From: Syntrophomonadaceae bacterium
Lineage (GTDB): Bacteria > Bacillota > Dethiobacteria > DTU022 > UBA8154
NCBI GenBank assembly: GCA_003563895.1
Contig: PWTK01000007.1
Coordinates: forward strand, 1-55,086
Direction of reading: 5' to 3'
Length of the DNA stretch: 55,086 nucleotides
The position numbers and the translations under genes are program-made. Under the pieces are notes generated by a model, which saw nothing but the letters and a program-made list of their open reading frames with translations, ran no database searches and was not told the DNA's origin. How positions within the stretch are numbered: position 1 is the stretch's first letter; each line of letters opens with the position of its first letter. Shown piece after piece: positions 49,191-55,086 of this stretch.

Positions 49191-49806
49191 TCAACAGCAG
49201 CCCGATCTTAGTTTTCCGGTTTTCAAAATACCGGGAAATGGTGTTCAAAAAAACAATAGGAAAAGCTATAGACTCAGGCCCTTAGTTCTGAACTCTTGCG
49301 CAAAAATGTCTGAACATATGGCTGCGGGTGAAAAAGTTTATGGCAATAGCTTGCCTGGATTGGGCCTTTACAGTTAAAATTTCGGATTTTCCTGGCGAAA
49401 CTTTTTCTGGGGATTTTGTGGATGCTGATGTTTTTTACGCTTTGGAGGGATCATTTCAAAATCCACTTCCGTGGTTCTAACTGTGTCCAGGTGGGAATAT
49501 TTTCAATAACCCCGTCCTCCTGACAATCCTGGACGGGCAGCGGAGATATGGCATTATTAAACATGGCTCATTTAAACTGTCAAGTGTTGATATTGTGTTG
49601 AATAGATTGGGTTGTTGCTTCGTAACAAAATAATGAAGCAGGAAGTGAACAAGTTAATTGGTATCCACAATACTTTTAAAAAGAGACATCCATGAAGCTT
49701 CGCTTCACCATCAGAAGGACGAAAATGTTCCTTTTCAAACAGGAAATTCGTTGCGGCAATGTTGCATTTTCAGGGTAGCCTTAAACATTAATTCCACCTT
49801 GCACCG

Positions 49807-51249
49807 TTATTCAACCGGCAACTCCAGCTCCGGAAAACGCTGCCGTATTTCCTCTTCCAACCCCTCGGGTATATATTTTCTGAGCGGCTTTTTTCTCAGC
49901 TGCATGGCCAGCTCTTCCGCCTTCTGCCAGCTTTCCTTGGCGTGAATCACCTTCCAGACCTGGTATTCCCGGCTCAGCTCGATCCGGGACAGGAGGGCGT
50001 GGCGGCGCAGGTGGCGTAAAGTGTGCTTGTGCGAAAGATAGCTCCCGCCGGGCCCCACCTCGGCGATGACATCAACAGCCATGGTTTCGGGGCTCACCTC
50101 GATTCCCCGCAGCGCCCTCAAGCAGCTCCCCACGATATCGTTGTCGATCACAAACTGGGCATAGGAAATGGTCAGCGCCCCGTCCAAAAACCCGAACATC
50201 TGGTGTAAAAAATGCCCGCCGGCGAGAGCCCCCAGCAGGCAGTTGGTAGTCGTCTCGTGGGCGGCTTGGGCATCGGGGAGCTTGGAATCGGCGGCGCCTA
50301 CCGTGAGATAAGCCGGAAGCCGGTAATAGCGGGCCATCTGCGACAGGGCGGCATTCATCAAGCCGGACTCCACGCTGCCGATGAGAAAAGATCCGCTGCG
50401 CATGTCCATGCTGCAGGGCACGGCGCTGTAGAAAACGGGGGTGCCGGGGCTGACCAGCTGGCTCAGCACCACTCCCAGCAGCGCTTCCGCATTTTGCAGC
50501 ACCAGCGTCCCGGCCAGGGTTACGGGCGCGGTGGCCCCGGAGATGGGGGCGGTGGAAACCACCAGGGGCAGCCGGCTGCGCGCCACTTCCACCAGGATTT
50601 CCGCCCGGTCGTCTTCCAGCTTCAAAGGGCTCGTAATGGAAGTGATAAATCCCACAAACGGCCTCCGCTGCAGCGCTTCGAAGCCACCGGCCAAAAGCCC
50701 GGCAAGTTCCACCACGCGCCGCAGCCCGTCCCTGCTGTAAATCCCGCCCATCACGGGCCGACCGGTATTGCAGAGGGCCCGGTAAAAATCATTAATATCC
50801 AGGAAATTGATGTTCACATCGTGGGAGTGGACGGGAATAATGTAAAAATCGACGTGTGCCAGCTTGTCGGCCAGGCGGGCAAAATAAGCGATGTCCCGGG
50901 AGACGGCAGGCCTTCTCCGGTGGCCCTCTTCCATCACATACAGGGCCTTCCCACCTGTGCCGAAATAGACATTGTTTCCACCCAGGTGAAGCTCTTTTCC
51001 TTCCTCCTGCCCGTAATAGGTGAACTCGGAAGGGGCCTGCTTCATACACTGGGAAATAAGCCGGGGGGAGAGATATGCCCTCTTCATGCGGTGATCCACC
51101 AGTACGCCGTTTTCTTCCAGCAGCTGCAACAGAGGGGGGTAGGTCACTTCAAAGCCGACATCCCAGAGGATCCGGACGCTACTTTCATGGACGAGGCCGA
51201 GTTCGTTGTCCGTTAATGTGCGGTAAAAATCGCCTTCCAGGAGTTTCAT
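49807..51249 (-). CDS. MttB-superfamily (trimethylamine methyltransferase family) methyltransferase, non-pyrrolysine
   Basis: ITSPL, GATAPVTLAG...NAE, DMRSG, ADSKLPDAQAAHE, EVGPGGSYL; no in-frame TAG. Start ATG 51249. Confidence 0.9.
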   Translation of the reverse strand: MKLLEGDFYRTLTDNELGLVHESSVRILWDVGFEVTYPPLLQLLEENGVLVDHRMKRAYLSPRLISQCMKQAPSEFTYYGQEEGKELHLGGNNVYFGTGGKALYVMEEGHRRRPAVSRDIAYFARLADKLAHVDFYIIPVHSHDVNINFLDINDFYRALCNTGRPVMGGIYSRDGLRRVVELAGLLAGGFEALQRRPFVGFITSITSPLKLEDDRAEILVEVARSRLPLVVSTAPISGATAPVTLAGTLVLQNAEALLGVVLSQLVSPGTPVFYSAVPCSMDMRSGSFLIGSVESGLMNAALSQMARYYRLPAYLTVGAADSKLPDAQAAHETTTNCLLGALAGGHFLHQMFGFLDGALTISYAQFVIDNDIVGSCLRALRGIEVSPETMAVDVIAEVGPGGSYLSHKHTLRHLRRHALLSRIELSREYQVWKVIHAKESWQKAEELAMQLRKKPLRKYIPEGLEEEIRQRFPELELPVE

Positions 51250-51271
51250 CTCGGTTCTCCCTTCGCGATGC

Positions 51272-51760
51272 TCAGGCTTGTTCCGCCCATTTTTCAAGTA
51301 TTAGCATAATGTCGGCCCGGCTGACGATCCCCCTGAGCTTCCCTTCACTATCCACCACCGGCACCCGGTTAATGGCGCGGCGGTTCATCAACCGCACAAT
51401 ATTCAGCAAAGGGGTGTCTTCCCGAACCGTGAAGGGGTTCATGGTCATGACCTGCCTGGCCGTCACCGCAGCGACGGCCTCAATTACATCCACCCCCCTT
51501 TCTCCGCTCACGTGGGCTGCCTCCTCCTTATCTTCCAGGAGCTTCCCGGGTCCCCGGAGGGGACGCCCCACCACCCAGCGCGTATATTTCAAGACGTCTC
51601 TTTCGGAAATGATGCCGACCACCTTTTCCTCCTCGTCCAGCACCGGCACCCCGCTCACATAATGGCGGTGCAGCACCCTGAGAACTTCCCTGAGCTGGGT
51701 GTCAAGCCTGACGCTCACCACCGGGGAAGTCATCACCTTCGAAGCCTTTACGTCCAGCAT
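51272..51760 (-). CDS. CBS-domain pair protein
   Basis: VMTSPVV...SGVPVLD..GIISERD and VMT...RVPVVD..GIVSRAD. Confidence 0.9.
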   Translation of the reverse strand: MLDVKASKVMTSPVVSVRLDTQLREVLRVLHRHYVSGVPVLDEEEKVVGIISERDVLKYTRWVVGRPLRGPGKLLEDKEEAAHVSGERGVDVIEAVAAVTARQVMTMNPFTVREDTPLLNIVRLMNRRAINRVPVVDSEGKLRGIVSRADIMLILEKWAEQA

Positions 51761-51793
51761 TTCCCATCCCCCCTTTCCTTGTTTATGCCCCCA

Positions 51794-52435
51794 TCATAAG
51801 GAATCCACGTAGTCCAGCACCCTTTCCAGCGAAACCACGTCGCCACAGCGGGCATGAATATCCATGAGGTTAACCTCGTGGGGCAGCCGGGACCGATCCC
51901 CCACGCACTCGCGGGGAATCACCGGTCGGAAACCGTGCTGCAGGGCATCGTTCGCCGTGGCCCTGATACAGGAACTGGTCATGCACCCTGTAAGAATGAC
52001 CGTATCCACCCTCAGAACAGTCAGGGTGGCGGCGAGGGGGGTGCCGTAAAAACAAGACGGATATCTTTTCACCAGCAGCTGTTCCCGGGAGAGCGGTTCA
52101 AACCTCGGATCGAGCTCCACGTTGTCGCTGCCCAGGGAAAAACCGTTCAGCACAGGCAGTTTTTTTACCAGCAGGCCGCCTTCCAGGGCGGGATTGCGGT
52201 AGCCCAGGACAAAAAAGAAAACCGGCAGCTCCTTTTGTCGCACCCTATCCAGCAGCTGCAGCGTATGCCCGATTTCCGATTCCAGGTCGCACCCGGCGGG
52301 TCGCTTTGCATCGGTCAACCCCTTTTGAAAATCTATTACCAGCACAGCTGGGCTGCGGCCGAAGCCCAGCTCCCCCGCCATGGCCTGGGAACGGTAATAT
52401 TCCATGATCTCCTGCAGCGCTTCCTCGATCGCCAT
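51794..52435 (-). CDS. Isochorismatase-family cysteine hydrolase (N-carbamoylsarcosine/maleamate amidohydrolase-like)
   Basis: GFGRSPAVLVIDFQ, KRYPSCFYGT, GCMTSSCIRAT (Asp-Lys-Cys triad). Start ATG 52435. Confidence 0.85.
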   Translation of the reverse strand: MAIEEALQEIMEYYRSQAMAGELGFGRSPAVLVIDFQKGLTDAKRPAGCDLESEIGHTLQLLDRVRQKELPVFFFVLGYRNPALEGGLLVKKLPVLNGFSLGSDNVELDPRFEPLSREQLLVKRYPSCFYGTPLAATLTVLRVDTVILTGCMTSSCIRATANDALQHGFRPVIPRECVGDRSRLPHEVNLMDIHARCGDVVSLERVLDYVDSL

Positions 52436-52550
52436 TATCCCTTCACTTCCTCCTTTCAATGAAAAGGCATGTGGAACCGGCCGTTATTCCGTCCGACAAT
52501 CCGCCCGGGGAAGGGCGGCCCGTCTCGCCGGAAGCCGATGCCGCCCCATC

Positions 52551-52967
52551 CTACTTCCTGAGTTCCAACCGGAATGAGCCGCCGGCAAGGCCCTTGACCC
52601 GTTCTGCCACAAATACGCTGCGGCTGTTTTTCCTGACCACAAACTCGCAGGGGTCCTGCGCCAGCATGTAGCGGATGACTTGTTCGCACGATTCGGCAGG
52701 TTTGTGGTTCAAGAGCATCAGGGAATAATCCTCCAGCAGAACGTACTCGGCCAGCTCCTTTACCGAAAGCTTTTGCCCGACGATCTCCGCCAGCAGGCTC
52801 TTTTTCACGGTTACCTCCCCATATTCAATCGACCCGCCGGGCTGCAGCAGCTTTCCAACAAGGTCACATTCCTCTTCACTTTCCCGCAGGACCTTCCAGG
52901 TCCCCGGCAGAAGGGTCAGTTCGTCTTTCACTTCAATGGATTGATCCACCATGGCCAACTTCATCAT
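52551..52967 (-). CDS. Hypothetical protein
   Basis: 138-aa ORF with SD GGGGG, co-oriented upstream of the hydrolase; no motif recognised. Confidence 0.6.
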   Translation of the reverse strand: MMKLAMVDQSIEVKDELTLLPGTWKVLRESEEECDLVGKLLQPGGSIEYGEVTVKKSLLAEIVGQKLSVKELAEYVLLEDYSLMLLNHKPAESCEQVIRYMLAQDPCEFVVRKNSRSVFVAERVKGLAGGSFRLELRK

Positions 52968-53074
52968 TCAATCCCCCAAAAAATATTGTCGGATTGGGAC
53001 GCCTTTCACGTTAAAAAAACCAACAGGCGCGGACCAGACCCCTCATGCACCCGCACCGCTTTCATCTAGCTGCC

Positions 53075-53971
53075 TCATCCCGAACCCGGCCCGGGGCGGC
53101 GCCCCGCCTTGAAACGCCGGGCCTCCAGCACCTGGAGATAGCTCAGTGCAGCGGCCAGCAGGGCCCCGGCACCCAACAGTTCGATGGTCTCTTCCACCAG
53201 CAGATCCATCAGCCAGAACTCGTGCACGTGGTACTCCGTATATGGCCAGTCCACCCGATAAAGCTGGCCCGCAGCCAGGACGCGGTGGACGAAGCCCCCC
53301 GCCTTGATGTACCAGTCGTTCATATAAGAGGTGACGGAGAAAATGGACGCGGCGCCGTAGGCGGCGAAACCCGCCAGCAGGTACGCCATCACTTTGCGGT
53401 GACGGCGCAGAGCAAGCCCGTAACGAAAAAAAGCATAAAGCGGGATGGCCGCCAAAAGGGAAAAGTACACCACCTCCATGTAGGTGACCAGCTGCCGCCC
53501 GATCTCCTCCACCCGGGTGTGCCCGGTGAAGGTGGTCACGTAATCCGTTAAACGGTGGCGCGGGTCTCCCGCATCCTCGATGAGCATAAGCAGGGCCGCA
53601 ATGCCCATCAGCGTCCAAAAAGCCCTTCCCGCGCTGACGCCTTCACCGTTGAGTCCCGCTCTGCCCCGGATGATGCCTGCCGCAAAAGCGGTTCCTCCCA
53701 GGGCAACCCACTGCAGGACTTCCGTCAGGCTGGCCTGCCGGAAGAGGTGGAACCAGAACGGATCGGTGATCCCCCGCTCGTGCATAAAAGCACGGACGCC
53801 AAAGACATCGAAAGCATCGATCAAGAAAAAAACGCCCCAGGTCATAAGCAGGTAAAGCAAAACCAGCGCCATCACATGCTCCGGCAGCAACCCTCCCGGA
53901 AAGAGCCGGTCCCTGAGCGTTAAAGGCCCCCCCGCCCTCTGCCCGGAAACGTTTCTCGGATGTTTTCCCAT
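53075..53971 (-). CDS. Hypothetical multi-pass membrane protein
   Basis: Several TM segments with conserved-looking IEDAGDPRH and EETIELLG; SD GGAGGAG before ATG 53971. Confidence 0.7.
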   Translation of the reverse strand: MGKHPRNVSGQRAGGPLTLRDRLFPGGLLPEHVMALVLLYLLMTWGVFFLIDAFDVFGVRAFMHERGITDPFWFHLFRQASLTEVLQWVALGGTAFAAGIIRGRAGLNGEGVSAGRAFWTLMGIAALLMLIEDAGDPRHRLTDYVTTFTGHTRVEEIGRQLVTYMEVVYFSLLAAIPLYAFFRYGLALRRHRKVMAYLLAGFAAYGAASIFSVTSYMNDWYIKAGGFVHRVLAAGQLYRVDWPYTEYHVHEFWLMDLLVEETIELLGAGALLAAALSYLQVLEARRFKAGRRPGPGSG

Positions 53972-54311
53972 GCTCTCCTCCATCCCGGCGGCGCCTGAGG
54001 CTGCGGCGTCCGGCTCCACCCGGGTTTGCCCGCTTTCCGTCAGCCGCAGCCGACTGCGGGTGCGTCCACCCGTTTGCGCCGGGAACCCGGGTTCGGCCGG
54101 CCCTTCAATCGCCTTCGGTGCGTTCAGGCACTGCTAAGCTGACCCGTCGCCCGGCCGCGGGGACATCCGTTCATCTCCGGCAGAGTTCACGTCTCCGCTT
54201 CAGCCTCCCACCCCGGCCTCTTTCCGCCGCTTCCATGCGCCTCTTTTTCTCCCTAATTATACCTTTTTCCCTCCCAAAAGGGTAGAGCCTTTTCTTCTGG
54301 CGAAATCGTTT

Positions 54312-54584
54312 CTAGGAGAGCGCTTTAACCACTTCTTCCCTGATCCTCGCTTTAAAGGGCATCGCCAAAAGCGGAAGGTTTACGGAAACCTCCACCTCGT
54401 CATCAAACACCTTGAATACGCCCGAAACGGGGGCTCCTTTGTAGCTGCCGGAGAAATGACATTCGCTTTCTCCTTTCCACGCCGTACTCGCCCCATAATT
54501 ATCGGCAAAATGTTCCACTCTCTTGCGAATCTCCTCTTTGCTTAAGTCGTGCGGTACTGTAAAATGGTATCTAGGCATTTGCAC
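54312..54584 (-). CDS. Polyhydroxyalkanoic-acid-system family protein (PHA granule region-like)
   Basis: VPHDLSKEEIRKRVE...W....F...GVSG...V.V.LPLLAMPFKARI pattern. Confidence 0.65.
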   Translation of the reverse strand: MQMPRYHFTVPHDLSKEEIRKRVEHFADNYGASTAWKGESECHFSGSYKGAPVSGVFKVFDDEVEVSVNLPLLAMPFKARIREEVVKALS

Positions 54585-55047
54585 ACCCCTCGTTAGTTTT
54601 TTAAATGCCTTGCTTTTTGACTGCAGTCTACCCGCTTTTTTCTTCCCTGGTTAAAGAGTCATAACCTCTTGTATTTATAATATAAGGCTTTGCGCTAAAC
54701 ATTTTCTAAACATATTCTCAACAACTACAAAAAGAGTTTGCGAGATAACCTCTAAGCTATAGGGAGCTAAGGGGTTGTAGAAGATTCTTATTGTTATATT
54801 TAACAAGCTGCTGGTATATGCTATAATTTTTATAAACATGATTATCAACTTAACTCAGGGAATTCTTGTTGAGTGGTCCCCAAAATACAGCTTTTTAGCA
54901 GATCAAGGCCTTTTTGTAAGTGTGACCTTTTAAAACCTCTTTTTTTGCGGAGCTTCTTTCATTGTCATCCTGAGCAAACCCGATAGTCTGATTTATAAAT
55001 ATGAGCATGCCTGCCAGTACCAGGCTTGTGTTGAGGTGATAAATCCT

Positions 55048-55086
55048 TTGCCTTTTTCCGACCGCATAATGACCACCAAATTACGC
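55048..55086 (+). CDS. 5' fragment of a gene, possibly a MalT-like regulator
   Basis: SD GAGGTG then TTG: MPFSDRIMTTKLR; only 13 codons, and 'IxxTKL' is typical of MalT-like N-termini. Confidence 0.35.
   Translation, partial: MPFSDRIMTTKLR

Noticed and set aside
49807-51249. Pyrrolysine recoding in MttB
   Set aside because: The ORF is uninterrupted, with no in-frame TAG.
53980-54240. Fragments resembling c-di-GMP-I or glycine riboswitches upstream of the membrane protein
   Set aside because: The GAAA loop/receptor and other invariant elements are missing; likely chance in GC-rich DNA.

Overview
A GC-rich chromosomal segment from an anaerobic Bacillota/Firmicutes organism. This is inferred from the Gram-positive-type strong Shine-Dalgarno sites and sigma-A promoters, the nfeD-floA operon, a stalk/SH3/amidase autolysin and a class III RNR; acidic exported proteins hint at a Dethiobacteria-like or halo/alkaliphilic organism (inference only). 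Most of the window is housekeeping, catabolic and transport genes: MFS, DUF2889, YfcE, Ada/Ogt, S1C protease, NrdD, amidase, AKR, AIR-synthase-like proteins, acyl-CoA ligase and dehydrogenase with a LiuR-like regulator, UppP, DASS, ABC-RND-adaptor exporter, TRAP and HAD. The standout is a two-gene operon at 42123-48504: a TPR protein coupled to a ~1,790-aa protein that fuses a DUF6079/BrxC-like P-loop ATPase to a compact PglZ-like (alkaline-phosphatase-superfamily) C-terminal domain. It has no methyltransferase and is followed by a convergent Phd/VapC toxin-antitoxin pair, making it a candidate minimal BREX-related defence system. Other notable items: an AT-rich LAGLIDADG intein in nrdD, a 238-bp internally deleted IS1595-family element with intact TIRs and an 8-bp target duplication, a non-pyrrolysine MttB operon with an amidohydrolase and a CBS protein, a half-length PurL-like protein with a Cys insert, and a small 10-Cys protein behind a near-consensus promoter. 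No rRNA, tRNA or CRISPR array was recognised. All family calls are by eye from motifs; no searches were run.
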